Shown: positions 1 to 9,475 of the stretch, one piece after another | Layout: each line of letters opens with the position of its first letter | How positions within the stretch are numbered: position 1 is the stretch's first letter | Virus record (IMG/VR): IMGVR_UViG_3300041411_000178 | Location: 124,001-188,000 of that record | DNA length: 64,000 nucleotides | Reading direction: 5' to 3' (one strand) | Program-made: the position numbers and the translations under genes | Notes under the pieces: generated by a model | Seen by the model: the letters and a program-made list of their open reading frames with translations, nothing else | What the model was told of the DNA's origin: nothing | Databases searched by the model: none

Positions 1-1598
1 GAAACAGCTTCGCCCGGTACGTACAAGCAACGCACACCTTGTTTACGGAAGATACGGGATAGGAAGATCTTGTTGACCTCTTCATCCAGCGTGATACTGA
101 CGCTGTTACCCTTGTCGCTATAAACAGAAGAGATGAACTGACGAACAATGCTCTTCTCAGCCATGTCCGCGAACTCAGACATATCGAAGTCACAAGGGTT
201 ACCCGACTGCACAGCCCGCAAGGAAGAGATCAGCGAGTTCTCGCTACCCATCTTGTTCTTGTTGGCGATGCTGTCCTTGTTCTTCTTCAGGGACTGGTAG
301 AACTCTGGGTCATCAGTGTTCTTGAGGAACGCACCGGTCTCTGGGTCCAGCAGAATGATGTAGTCATCGATCTTGCCGTTACTGCCGTTGAAGTGAATCG
401 GGAAGATCGCTTCGGAAGGGATGTGCCAGCTCAGACCACGACCGTAAGGCGCCACGCTCAGCGAGTCATTCGACTTGATGAACTGCAACGACTGAGAACG
501 AATGTTGCGCGACTTGAATACCGAAGCATTCAGGTTGTTCAACTGTTCCTCATTCAGGTTCATGGTGGTGGCTTGTTCAGGCTTGTCCTTGCCAGCCTTA
601 GCTGCCTTCTTAGGTTTTCCGTCCTTACCCGCGTTCTTCTCATCTTCTTCCTGCTGCTTAGCCAGGTCGGCGTCCCGTTCCTTCTGGGACTTCATAGCCG
701 AGGAGATGATGTTGTCAAAGCTTTCTGCACCCATCACCGACTTGATGTCACGATCGCGCTTAGCCTCCTGGAACTTCTGGAGGTACAGTACGGCCGGGTT
801 GTCGGTGATGGTGATCCCCCATTCGTTCTCGGTGTCTACTGCTGGGTCAAAGATAGGGAACTCTTCTTCGACGAAATCAGACCCGGTGGTGAACAATGCT
901 TCCAAACCACTGACCGCACCGGCATTAGGTGTTTTCGGAGCATGAGGGTTACGAACAAAGCGACCCTTGTTCTTGACCTTGGTCTTACCATCAGCGAAAA
1001 CGAACTCGGCATCCAGCTCGCTTTTGGCCTTGTTGAACTCTTCGTTACCAGTCCGTTTGGATGGGTCAACTTCGGAGCCGTTGATCAAGTAATCCAGGCC
1101 AGGACGACTCAGGTTAAAGATCGCGTAGGAGCCCGTATTCCACATGATATCGTCGAGCATCTTCTTCAGAAGCGACTCGATCTTATAGTCATTGGTGTAA
1201 TAATCGTCCCAGATGGCCAGCAGGCTGGTGTGCAGAGCCGCGTTTTTAATTTTTGTGCTCTGGGTATCGTAGGTCAACATTTTGTCCTGTTTCCCGTTAG
1301 GGTACAGGATGATCGTGTTCCAGATCAAGTTGGCCTTATCAATCATCGGTGTAATGGCCCGCAGGTCATATGCCGAGTTGATGTTATTACTGATAATGTT
1401 GCTCAAGCGATTAAGCTTATATTCGTTGATGGTTTTTGTACCACCAACCTCCTCACGATCAGGAGCGACCCCATTTTTAGGCGTTGCATTACGCAAGGTA
1501 GCTGCAATCGCTGGCGACACATTCTTGATGTTTTCACGAATCTTGGTGTAGTCGACTGACCGGTTACCACGAGTCGCGGTGCGCGTTTCGAACCCCAT
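1..1598 (-). CDS. Large virion protein, probable portal protein (phiKZ-type); 3' end runs off the window start
   Basis: Missing from the ORF track because it has no stop in the window. Read manually on the minus strand: ATG at 1598-1596 with GAGG upstream, MGFETRTATRGNRSVDYTKIRENIKNVSPAI...RKQGVRCLYVPGEAV. It sits head-to-head with a 758-aa virion gene, as recalled for phiKZ gp128/gp129. Confidence 0.6.
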   Translation of the reverse strand, partial: MGFETRTATRGNRSVDYTKIRENIKNVSPAIAATLRNATPKNGVAPDREEVGGTKTINEYKLNRLSNIISNNINSAYDLRAITPMIDKANLIWNTIILYPNGKQDKMLTYDTQSTKIKNAALHTSLLAIWDDYYTNDYKIESLLKKMLDDIMWNTGSYAIFNLSRPGLDYLINGSEVDPSKRTGNEEFNKAKSELDAEFVFADGKTKVKNKGRFVRNPHAPKTPNAGAVSGLEALFTTGSDFVEEEFPIFDPAVDTENEWGITITDNPAVLYLQKFQEAKRDRDIKSVMGAESFDNIISSAMKSQKERDADLAKQQEEDEKNAGKDGKPKKAAKAGKDKPEQATTMNLNEEQLNNLNASVFKSRNIRSQSLQFIKSNDSLSVAPYGRGLSWHIPSEAIFPIHFNGSNGKIDDYIILLDPETGAFLKNTDDPEFYQSLKKNKDSIANKNKMGSENSLISSLRAVQSGNPCDFDMSEFADMAEKSIVRQFISSVYSDKGNSVSITLDEEVNKIFLSRIFRKQGVRCLYVPGEAV

Positions 1599-1619
1599 AT
1601 GAACCTCACGAGTTAAACT

Positions 1620-3896
1620 ATGAATAGTGTCGATCTGGATAAGTATCACTCGGACACTTTCAGCCTAGTTCGCACCATGGTTATCAAAATCGAGGCCTTG
1701 GCCGAACGAGATAACCTAGTGTTGACACAAGCTGGGGAATCCGTCTCTTCGGACAAAACGACATGGCGTTATTACATGAACCTCAATGGGGATTACCACC
1801 CTACTGATGAAGTAATGTGGATCAACTCCATTGATACTGGTGAACGGATTATCTTTAACAAGGATAATCTGAAGTTGCACCTCGCGACAAATCGAGAGTA
1901 CAGCAAAGGCGGGTATTGGTTTAACCGTCTTGCCGACGTATACCCAGGGCAGACTGCCTTGATTAACGGCATACTTGCACCGATCCCGTACTCTGAAACC
2001 ATCGCGGCCAAAGACTATAAGATTCTCCGCTATAACAAGAGTCTGGTGCTTTGGAACGAGGAGCAGCTGATCCCGAAATTGCAGGCGTACGTTAACACCG
2101 ATCTAAGGCAATCGATCAAGAATGATTATGTCACGACTGACGACCTGTTCCTGCCTTGGATGATCGAAAAGCTTTATGCTTTCCTCATCGGTGCTATCGA
2201 AGTCATTCGCCTGGATGACTGCTACACGCGTTACACGCATGACTTCTTTATTTGGAGCCACATCGATTCCTTCGGTAACTTCTCGCAGTACAAGAGAAGC
2301 CTGAGTAAAGAACAAACCATGTGGTTGTTTCGTAACATTGCGTGGATCCGCAATAACCCAGGCCAGCAGTACACGTTTGACAAGTTGATGAAGAACCTGT
2401 TGTCGAAGGCCGGTATTCCGTTGGCCCGCTATGACATGGTGAACTCGACTGAAACGCAGTTGGAAGATCTGACGCCAACTCCGTTGTACCGTCGTATGCA
2501 AATGAACCTGGTGGATGTCTACGGACGCACCGCTTCGTTCATTGACACCCCAGCGATGATCAACAAGCAACAGGTCATGGCGAAGGATAACTACGACCAG
2601 ACGGATTTCTATCTGGACGATGCCCTGGTTAAGGGTAAGTACAGTTTGCACTCGGAGCTGCCCACCAAGGCGCTTGAATCGTCCATGATGGACTACACCA
2701 ACCGACACATCGATACATTGATGAAAGTGGTGTACAACGAGTGGATTTATCTGGCGGGTAACACGATCTTCAACGGCAAGGTGATCACGGTAGACCCCAA
2801 GAGCGGCAAGCAGTACCGCTTCCCTGTGGGAGACGCCTATTACATCTGGAAGTACCTGGTAGAATACGCTAAGGGTCAAAACCCCCTGGTGATCGAACCG
2901 GCGTATTACCAGAACGTTCTGAAGCTCAAGCCGCCAACCATCGAAGAGATCATTGAGATCGGTGGTCCCGATTTCATTCGTCCTTATGTTGCTGCCGACA
3001 TCCAAAAACTGTGGTTCCCTGTAGCGCCTTTCCTGGCCCCGGATTATTTGATCCAGTACGCCACAGACGTCTACAGCACCATGTGGAAACACAAGAAGCT
3101 CTACAGTCAGTTCTACGATCTGAACAAAAGAGCCCGGGTGAAGAACAGTTGCAAACTAATGTACGATTCAGGTATCGTGAATCTGAGCAGTTATGGTGAC
3201 TACGATTCGTTGCTGAAAGCCTACGAGTTGGACTTCAGCGGTTACACTGCTGAAGAGGCACGGAACTTCTCCTGGGATATCTTTAAACGGGTAACCGGGT
3301 GGGATACCAACCAGACACCGTCGACACGGGTTAAACAGAGCGATCTGATTGACATCATGTCCGAGTTGTCGTCCTACACGATCCATATCGTTAAGGACAT
3401 CAATGACGGTACGGACCAGACGGAACTGATCAACGAAACCTTTATCGGTGATTCTCGTTGGGTCGGTGTGGGCAACGGTAGTTATGGCGACTTCACCAAC
3501 GTCATGATCACCCAGCATTCCAACATGGACACCATCCATGCGCTGGAAGCCAACATCCCGATCATCAGTAATCCGGATCCGGTGCTGGTAGCGGATAGCG
3601 AGATGAAGATTGATATCATCACGCACGATATCTTCAAGCCAGTTAACCTGACGAACAGTCTGACGGCGAATGCGTTGAAGCTGTATGACAACAGCTATTT
3701 CCGTATCCTCCCAGAAGGCGCTCTGAACCCGCTGGTGATTCCGCCTACCTACTACGGTGAACTGGAGCCGGAAGACGGCTACACGATCCCTGGGACTTAC
3801 TACGGCCTGCTACAGCCCGAAGAAGATCCGGTGATTCCGCCGAAGGTTATCCCTCGCACCTATTACGGTGAGCTTAAGCCTAACGGCGATCTCTGA
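1620..3896 (+). CDS. phiKZ-like virion structural protein (758 aa)
   Basis: Long ORF with phage-like codon use. N-terminal WRYYMNLNGDYHPTDEVMWINSIDT and WLFRNIAWIRNNPGQQYTF resemble the conserved protein next to the portal. C-terminal TYYG repeats. Confidence 0.7.
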   Translation: MNSVDLDKYHSDTFSLVRTMVIKIEALAERDNLVLTQAGESVSSDKTTWRYYMNLNGDYHPTDEVMWINSIDTGERIIFNKDNLKLHLATNREYSKGGYWFNRLADVYPGQTALINGILAPIPYSETIAAKDYKILRYNKSLVLWNEEQLIPKLQAYVNTDLRQSIKNDYVTTDDLFLPWMIEKLYAFLIGAIEVIRLDDCYTRYTHDFFIWSHIDSFGNFSQYKRSLSKEQTMWLFRNIAWIRNNPGQQYTFDKLMKNLLSKAGIPLARYDMVNSTETQLEDLTPTPLYRRMQMNLVDVYGRTASFIDTPAMINKQQVMAKDNYDQTDFYLDDALVKGKYSLHSELPTKALESSMMDYTNRHIDTLMKVVYNEWIYLAGNTIFNGKVITVDPKSGKQYRFPVGDAYYIWKYLVEYAKGQNPLVIEPAYYQNVLKLKPPTIEEIIEIGGPDFIRPYVAADIQKLWFPVAPFLAPDYLIQYATDVYSTMWKHKKLYSQFYDLNKRARVKNSCKLMYDSGIVNLSSYGDYDSLLKAYELDFSGYTAEEARNFSWDIFKRVTGWDTNQTPSTRVKQSDLIDIMSELSSYTIHIVKDINDGTDQTELINETFIGDSRWVGVGNGSYGDFTNVMITQHSNMDTIHALEANIPIISNPDPVLVADSEMKIDIITHDIFKPVNLTNSLTANALKLYDNSYFRILPEGALNPLVIPPTYYGELEPEDGYTIPGTYYGLLQPEEDPVIPPKVIPRTYYGELKPNGDL

Positions 3897-4308
3897 GGAC
3901 AGCACCTTGAACAGAAAAGTCTTGGCGTTGGTTAAACAGCGCTACTGTGAGGACAACAGGATCAAGGACCGCGATTCGGTTAGCCTGAGCTTTGCCCAGG
4001 TACAGCCCAATGGCGACCCCGTGTTCTATGTTGAAGACGGCAAGGCTGGTCAGGTGTATGTCTATCCACGCACGGACATGAGTGGGCTCACTGCTCACCG
4101 TGCGTTGGACATCCCCAAAGAGTACCGGCTACAGCTCGAAAGTAACCCCAGCAAAGATTTCATTGCCAGCTGGGTGTATCGTTTTACCGGCCATCGTCTC
4201 CTGGCTCTCGACATTCGTTATTTAACTCTGGAAAGAAGTGCAGTGGTGGTGACGTTAGCCCCAGATTCTATGCGCTTTAAGAACAGTTTCCGCATAACCC
4301 GACTATAG
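3868..4308 (+). CDS. Hypothetical protein in structural operon
   Basis: 146-aa ORF tiling between structural genes; start uncertain. Confidence 0.55.
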   Translation: MSLSLTAISEDSTLNRKVLALVKQRYCEDNRIKDRDSVSLSFAQVQPNGDPVFYVEDGKAGQVYVYPRTDMSGLTAHRALDIPKEYRLQLESNPSKDFIASWVYRFTGHRLLALDIRYLTLERSAVVVTLAPDSMRFKNSFRITRL

Positions 4309-4320
4309 GGATTTTTGATT

Positions 4321-5250
4321 ATGGCTCTTTCTGCAACCGAACTTCAAGACCAGAACCGTTCTGAGGTTCCTACTCAGTCGGTGACCAACACAGCCTGGGG
4401 TGGGCTGATTGCAAAGTGTTCCAACACCAAACAGAACTTCACCTTGCCGCAGTGGACCACCCTCAACGAGTTCCACGGCATCCTGGCAGAAGAGTCGATC
4501 GGCCTGAAGAACGGTAACGACTTCACGCTGAAGTATTTCGGTATCGGTATCCGTGGCTCTGATGCCATCGGTAAGACCCCGCTGGGTACGACCCTGTTGA
4601 AGGTCAACCAGCACCAACCGAAAGACGGTAACCTGTTCGTACCGATCCCATTCATCTGCCGTCCAGTTGAATCGGACCTCAACAACATCAACCGTGCGAA
4701 GTACCGCATGCGGACTGTTGAAGACATCAACGGTGTTGCGTACGCCTTCTACTGGTTGAAAGTGATTAACTTCGCCAGCTACAACCCACAAGTGGTTGTG
4801 ATCACCCGTGACGAAGACAACAACGAAACGCCTGTGCCGTACATCCCAGTGAAGGACGACCTGTTCAATCCACAACCTGTGGACTTCACCAGTACCGGTT
4901 CGGTGCCAATTAGCAACCAGTACATGAACAACTCGGCTATCCTGGACTGCTCGTTGGATCAAACCGACCTGCGCGAAATGGAAAACGCCTGCCGCGTCAA
5001 GTACGGTGATGCCAGTCTGGCTGCTCCAAACGAAGTCGGCGTTGCTTACGGTATCGACACCAAGACCGATGGTTCTATTGGTCAGGGTGCCACCATTCGT
5101 TACGATGAAGTACTGAGCGCTGTTTACGCTCACTACATCACCGAGCGCGATGCCCGTGCCGCACTGAACAACGTGCGCATCCAGTACGCCTTCGACCACG
5201 GTGCCAGCGAACCAATGCTGCTGCACACTAACGCCACCGCCGGCGTTTAA
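4321..5250 (+). CDS. Virion structural protein (phiKZ-like)
   Basis: ATG at 4321 after AGGGA; strong C-ending codon bias. YFGIGIRG, PIPF and YRMR..YYLK-like motifs resemble conserved phiKZ-group virion proteins. Confidence 0.65.
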   Translation: MALSATELQDQNRSEVPTQSVTNTAWGGLIAKCSNTKQNFTLPQWTTLNEFHGILAEESIGLKNGNDFTLKYFGIGIRGSDAIGKTPLGTTLLKVNQHQPKDGNLFVPIPFICRPVESDLNNINRAKYRMRTVEDINGVAYAFYWLKVINFASYNPQVVVITRDEDNNETPVPYIPVKDDLFNPQPVDFTSTGSVPISNQYMNNSAILDCSLDQTDLREMENACRVKYGDASLAAPNEVGVAYGIDTKTDGSIGQGATIRYDEVLSAVYAHYITERDARAALNNVRIQYAFDHGASEPMLLHTNATAGV

Positions 5251-5259
5251 GGAGGCTTC

Positions 5260-5877
5260 ATGGAGTTTCCTGATTTCCTGAAAGGTGCCCACGTTCCATT
5301 GACACCTGACATGACCAGTGACGGGGCAATTACACTGGCGAACGGATTCTATCAGACCACTCTGGACCCTGCTCTCTTCAAGAAGACACAAGCCTTCTGG
5401 AATGCTGAGTCGATGCTCCAGATCGATTTGATCGAACGTACTTCGCGAGACGTGGTCGCCTCATTCGTCAACAAGACCTCCCAGGTTGTCTCTACTCCGG
5501 TAGAACCCCTGCTCGAACTGAGCAACCCTTTGCTGGGTGAGGTTGAAGTTGCAGAGTTGCTGGGTCCTGTCATTGTACTGGGCTCCGCGGTAGAACTGGA
5601 ATTCCTGGATGCGGTAGGTGTGGGTGCAACCTACCCTACCACGGGAACCGACAACAATGCGGCCTTTGATCTGAAGACCCTGCTCAATGCGTATCAATTC
5701 CTGGGTGGCTGGGTTTCCGGCACACTGGGTGCGAACTGCACGGGTGGGTTCCGACTGGTGTACAAAGGTCCAAGCGAAGACGCGCCAGCAGAGTTCCCGA
5801 TGGATCCGTCACCGATGGTGGCTGTTATCGAGATTCTGCACGGCGAACAAAAAGGATTCATATGCCTGAGGACGTAA
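5260..5877 (+). CDS. Hypothetical (probably virion) protein
   Basis: 205-aa ORF with AGGAGG RBS, co-oriented in the structural operon. Confidence 0.6.
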   Translation: MEFPDFLKGAHVPLTPDMTSDGAITLANGFYQTTLDPALFKKTQAFWNAESMLQIDLIERTSRDVVASFVNKTSQVVSTPVEPLLELSNPLLGEVEVAELLGPVIVLGSAVELEFLDAVGVGATYPTTGTDNNAAFDLKTLLNAYQFLGGWVSGTLGANCTGGFRLVYKGPSEDAPAEFPMDPSPMVAVIEILHGEQKGFICLRT

Positions 5878-6449
5878 AGTCCCCCGATGTGATACGGGTC
5901 CAAGGAAACGACCCGTCCACTACGAACATGGGGGCGTTTATCGTAGATGTCAATATCGCCAAACCTGCCCCTTTTAAGTTGCAGTATGCGAACACGATCT
6001 ATGGTGACAAAGTCATCTACGATATTCCCGTGCAATACGACGACACTGCTGGTACGAGTGTCTTGGCGCGCAGCTATGGATTGGCGCGCGCTAACAATAC
6101 CCTGATCGACATCTTCCAACCAGACACGGCTATCTGCGAAGATAACTTCCTGGGTATGTCGGCGTTAACCTTCAAACAGTTGATTCAGTTTGTGGGCTTG
6201 TTAACCGGTGGCTATATTGAGCGAGGCATCCATGTCAGCATGGTACTGCCTAACTTGGCCAAAGGTGTTGTGGGTGCCAACTTCAAGGGTACCCAAAAGG
6301 AAGACGTCCGCAAAGGGTTGCTGGAATTCCCTCTGCTGGACTGGAACGGCATTGATCTTACCTTAGCGGATGAGCACACCGTCGATGCTGGTGCAGTTAC
6401 CCTCTACCGTGCGATCCAGATTGCCAAGAACTTTGGAGTGTGGAAATGA
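5862..6449 (+). CDS. Hypothetical (probably virion) protein
   Basis: 195-aa ORF overlapping the upstream gene, AAGGA RBS. Confidence 0.6.
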   Translation: MPEDVKSPDVIRVQGNDPSTTNMGAFIVDVNIAKPAPFKLQYANTIYGDKVIYDIPVQYDDTAGTSVLARSYGLARANNTLIDIFQPDTAICEDNFLGMSALTFKQLIQFVGLLTGGYIERGIHVSMVLPNLAKGVVGANFKGTQKEDVRKGLLEFPLLDWNGIDLTLADEHTVDAGAVTLYRAIQIAKNFGVWK

Positions 6450-7147
6450 GCACTGAAAATCCTGTAATACCAGAGGAGGGTGTACAGGCACAACCGGCGC
6501 CCTCCTTTGAGGAACGAGTAGAACAACGCCTGACGAATGTTACTGACCTGGTGAACGAGTTAATCGATCGCCTTGACGTGGCTACTGGTCAGGCGCGTTC
6601 ATCTGTTACCAAGACTGTGACTGAAGAAACCTCCGCTGCTGTGGAAGCTTCTGATGACAAAGGTGCCCTGGGAGCAGTCTTCGATGAACAAACGGCTGGG
6701 ACAGGTGTTGTAGAGGCTCAGGCGGCTACTACCAAGACAGTTACGCGTACAGTCACTCCAGTAGGGATTGAACGAGAAGTCTTTGGTATGTGGTCGGTGA
6801 TGCTGCGCAACGCTGGTGGTATCGCAGCCGCTATGACAACCTGCATCATCGCTCTTGTAAACGCGTACACCACTTACATGTCGGTAACGGCTGGGACTGG
6901 TTGGCCTTCCGAGACCACTCTGTTCATCACCAACATCGGCCCTATCGTGGTGGCGTGGACATTCATGAACTCCAGTAAGACAATCTCTACTATCATGCAA
7001 GTGCGTGGTGTGCAAGATCGTCTGAAGAACGCCATGTCCGGGTTTGTTGCTAATCCAGAAGAAAGTAGAAATCGTCGTGCTACCGATCAAAGACCGGAGA
7101 CTCCACCCGTTGCACCTCCTGCCGGTCCAGTACCACCGCAATACTGA
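6446..7147 (+). CDS. Membrane protein, holin candidate
   Basis: ATGA overlap with the upstream stop and GGAG RBS. Two hydrophobic segments (MLRNAGGIAAAMTTCIIALVNAY; LFITNIGPIVVAWTFM), acidic N-terminus, charged Pro-rich C-tail. Converges on the spanin pair. Confidence 0.5.
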   Translation: MSTENPVIPEEGVQAQPAPSFEERVEQRLTNVTDLVNELIDRLDVATGQARSSVTKTVTEETSAAVEASDDKGALGAVFDEQTAGTGVVEAQAATTKTVTRTVTPVGIEREVFGMWSVMLRNAGGIAAAMTTCIIALVNAYTTYMSVTAGTGWPSETTLFITNIGPIVVAWTFMNSSKTISTIMQVRGVQDRLKNAMSGFVANPEESRNRRATDQRPETPPVAPPAGPVPPQY

Positions 7148-7162
7148 TAAAGCAACCATATA

Positions 7163-7196
7163 CCTAACCAGGAGCCCCTAAAGGCTCCTGGTTAGG
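7163..7196. terminator. Probable bidirectional terminator hairpin
   Basis: Perfect 14-bp stem CCTAACCAGGAGCC / GGCTCCTGGTTAGG between convergent genes. Confidence 0.7.
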
Positions 7197-7246
7197 CTAT
7201 TACGCATTACATCCCATTACTACCCATTACTTCCATTGTTGCTGCG

Positions 7247-7777
7247 TTACTGCGGTGGCGTATCCGGAGAGGGTCCCTGGATAGGAGGTGGCGTTGACGG
7301 CGTGATCGCTTTCTGAATAGCAGCCTTTACCCCAGCGGGCGTCAGGGAGTCACTCTTTTTCTCCAACCCGGAGATAATAAAGTTGATATTCGAAACCAAT
7401 TGCGCAATCGTTTGTTTGGCAGCCCAGTTATCAAGGTTCTGTTGATCCAGCTTCTGTGTGGTCACAATGAGTTGGGTCACCGTCATCTGGTAACAATACT
7501 TCTTGTCAGTTGCCTTCAGACAATCATTGTCTTCCAGAAACGCTGCCAGAGGAGCCGCAAGGCTAATGGGCGGGTTCGGATCCACTTGCTGGAACTGAGG
7601 GAGCACTGCCGTTAGCTCCGCCTTGGTTCTTTGTAGCTGGCTCCTGTAGCTGTCGATTTCCACTTGTACGGCCTGAGCCTGTAGATACGTCGACGCTTCG
7701 TTTACCGTCGTCTGGTGAGAGCACCCCGACGTTAATAATAGTGGAAGCAGGAGCCCGATCAGGATAACCAGCCGCAT
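7247..7777 (-). CDS. o-spanin-like outer-membrane lipoprotein (Rz1-like), 176 aa
   Basis: True start is ATG 7777, inside the track ORF: MRLVILIGLLLPLLLTSG-C lipobox. Overlaps the 3' end of the upstream TM gene in another frame; coiled-coil body and Pro-rich tail. Confidence 0.8.
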   Translation of the reverse strand: MRLVILIGLLLPLLLTSGCSHQTTVNEASTYLQAQAVQVEIDSYRSQLQRTKAELTAVLPQFQQVDPNPPISLAAPLAAFLEDNDCLKATDKKYCYQMTVTQLIVTTQKLDQQNLDNWAAKQTIAQLVSNINFIISGLEKKSDSLTPAGVKAAIQKAITPSTPPPIQGPSPDTPPQ

Positions 7778-8111
7778 TGGGATCCATTTTGGTGGGGTCC
7801 AACCCGTAGCGCTGGAGCATTTTGACGTAAACATCATCACGTTCACCTTTTTGCATATCGAGTGTTTGCGACAGGGTTTCCCTGAGCTTCGACGACTCGA
7901 TTGCCTGTTTTTCGAAATTGTCGGCCGCACTTTTAAGCTGCGTGACGACTTCCTGAAGAGTGGTAAGCGACTTATCATCCAGCTTGCTGGAGGTCTGGCG
8001 AGGGAATGCCCAGCTACCTGCAATCAGGATGAGTATGATCAGCATAAACAACGTGGTGACTATGCCGCGTAACTTATCCGTGAAGAACATATCTTTGATC
8101 TCCGCACCCAT
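7563..8111 (-). CDS. i-spanin-like inner-membrane protein (Rz-like)
   Basis: AGAGGA RBS; single N-terminal TM (GIVTTLFMLIILILIAGSWAF), then a coiled coil. Overlaps the lipoprotein gene by 215 bp. Confidence 0.8.
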   Translation of the reverse strand: MGAEIKDMFFTDKLRGIVTTLFMLIILILIAGSWAFPRQTSSKLDDKSLTTLQEVVTQLKSAADNFEKQAIESSKLRETLSQTLDMQKGERDDVYVKMLQRYGLDPTKMDPNAAGYPDRAPASTIINVGVLSPDDGKRSVDVSTGSGRTSGNRQLQEPATKNQGGANGSAPSVPASGSEPAH

Positions 8112-8116
8112 GTGGT

Positions 8117-9355
8117 TTAGTCCTCTTGAATCAGACCACGTATATGAAGGAAATACCCTGTGTGGAGAGTACTTGGCTTGTAGCGATTGGTGTACCCGTG
8201 GAAGACATGGCCTTCGTTATAGGTACCGGTGGTTTCGTTGAGGTATTTCCGTTGAGGCCCGATGTTTATGTCGAGTAGTCTCCTGTTGATGATCTTGCGC
8301 GTGAAGTACTTAGGAAGGAGACCACCACCGGTAATGAAAGGAAGCGGACGGGTTTCTTCTGTGTGGTACGTGAAGGGATACTGGTAAACAACCAGCGGTT
8401 TAATCTCTGTGTAGAGATGAGGGTTGTCCAACACAATCAAGAAACTTGAAGGGTCAGTCAGAAGCAGGGTGAAGAACTCCTCAGTACTGAAGAAGTCCTC
8501 GGGCACAACCTGACGATCTGGCTTGATGATACCGTCCAGATTAATCCAGTCCTTGGAGTCGAAGATACGGGAGAACCAATCGACCATTTCGGTATTCACC
8601 GCCATGGAGTTCTCACCACGTACCTGCAAGACATCATTGAGGTAGAGACGTCCACCAATCGAAGCCCACACTGTCTTTCCTTTAAGGGAGACAGGTGAGG
8701 TGATGTGCAGGAAGTTATACGTGTCATGCCCTTCGAACTGAATCATCTCTGGCGTGATCGGATACGTTGCCAGTTCAGAGACCGTGTTGAAATTCAGGTT
8801 GGTGACGTGGGTGTTGTCGTTGATGTTGAAGTGCTTGCCTGCATTTAGCAGATAGACGCAGTCAGTTCCTTCGACCGCACGCACCAGGTGGTTGTTAACC
8901 GTCCACAGTGTGCGCTTCACGAGCTTGTCGTACTCAACCTCAGTGCCATCGGTTTTGGTAACCCGAATGTCCGGCGCGTTGCTGGTCGTCAACAGATCTT
9001 GGTGTCCGTCACCGCGGCTGGCATCGCCCGGCAGCAAAGAGAACCACTTGTACTGGATGTCATGGCAGGTAACGAAACGGTACTCGGAACCTGGCAGGGT
9101 ATTCGAGGTGATCAGTGGGACACTGGCGTTAGCGGTCAACCAATCCTGAATCACCCCGGTAAAGGAAGTGAGTTGATTCTGATAGTACGAGCTATCCAGA
9201 GCTACGTCCTGAAAGGCCAGTTCATCAGTAATCACAATGATCAGATTTTCAAACTTGGTGAAAAGGTCCTTGGTTTGAATAGCGCTGATGTCTAAAAGTT
9301 CTTCTCCTTTGGGATTCTGTCGGTTGATCCCGACCGCCCGTTTATACGTATACAT
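8117..9355 (-). CDS. phiKZ-like virion structural protein (412 aa)
   Basis: Long ORF, AGGAG RBS, in the structural module; function not resolved. Confidence 0.6.
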   Translation of the reverse strand: MYTYKRAVGINRQNPKGEELLDISAIQTKDLFTKFENLIIVITDELAFQDVALDSSYYQNQLTSFTGVIQDWLTANASVPLITSNTLPGSEYRFVTCHDIQYKWFSLLPGDASRGDGHQDLLTTSNAPDIRVTKTDGTEVEYDKLVKRTLWTVNNHLVRAVEGTDCVYLLNAGKHFNINDNTHVTNLNFNTVSELATYPITPEMIQFEGHDTYNFLHITSPVSLKGKTVWASIGGRLYLNDVLQVRGENSMAVNTEMVDWFSRIFDSKDWINLDGIIKPDRQVVPEDFFSTEEFFTLLLTDPSSFLIVLDNPHLYTEIKPLVVYQYPFTYHTEETRPLPFITGGGLLPKYFTRKIINRRLLDINIGPQRKYLNETTGTYNEGHVFHGYTNRYKPSTLHTGYFLHIRGLIQED

Positions 9356-9475
9356 GGGGGTAGACTCCTTACGATTCTATGAAAAAACTAGCCCCTACAG
9401 GCTACTGTAGAGGCCGGTATCACTATGTGGGGCAGGTCATAAGATGCCCTTTTTATTGCACCTTGGAGCTTTGAA

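Noticed and set aside
393-1559. 388-aa plus-strand ORF (and 502-945)
   Set aside because: Antisense shadow of the portal-like minus-strand gene; no RBS and atypical composition.
7778-8023. N-terminal 82 codons of the track ORF 7247-8023
   Set aside because: Out-of-frame read-through of the i-spanin gene; the lipoprotein signal begins at ATG 7777.
9422-9427. Late promoter calls from TATG
   Set aside because: A four-base motif is too frequent to annotate without transcript 5'-end data.
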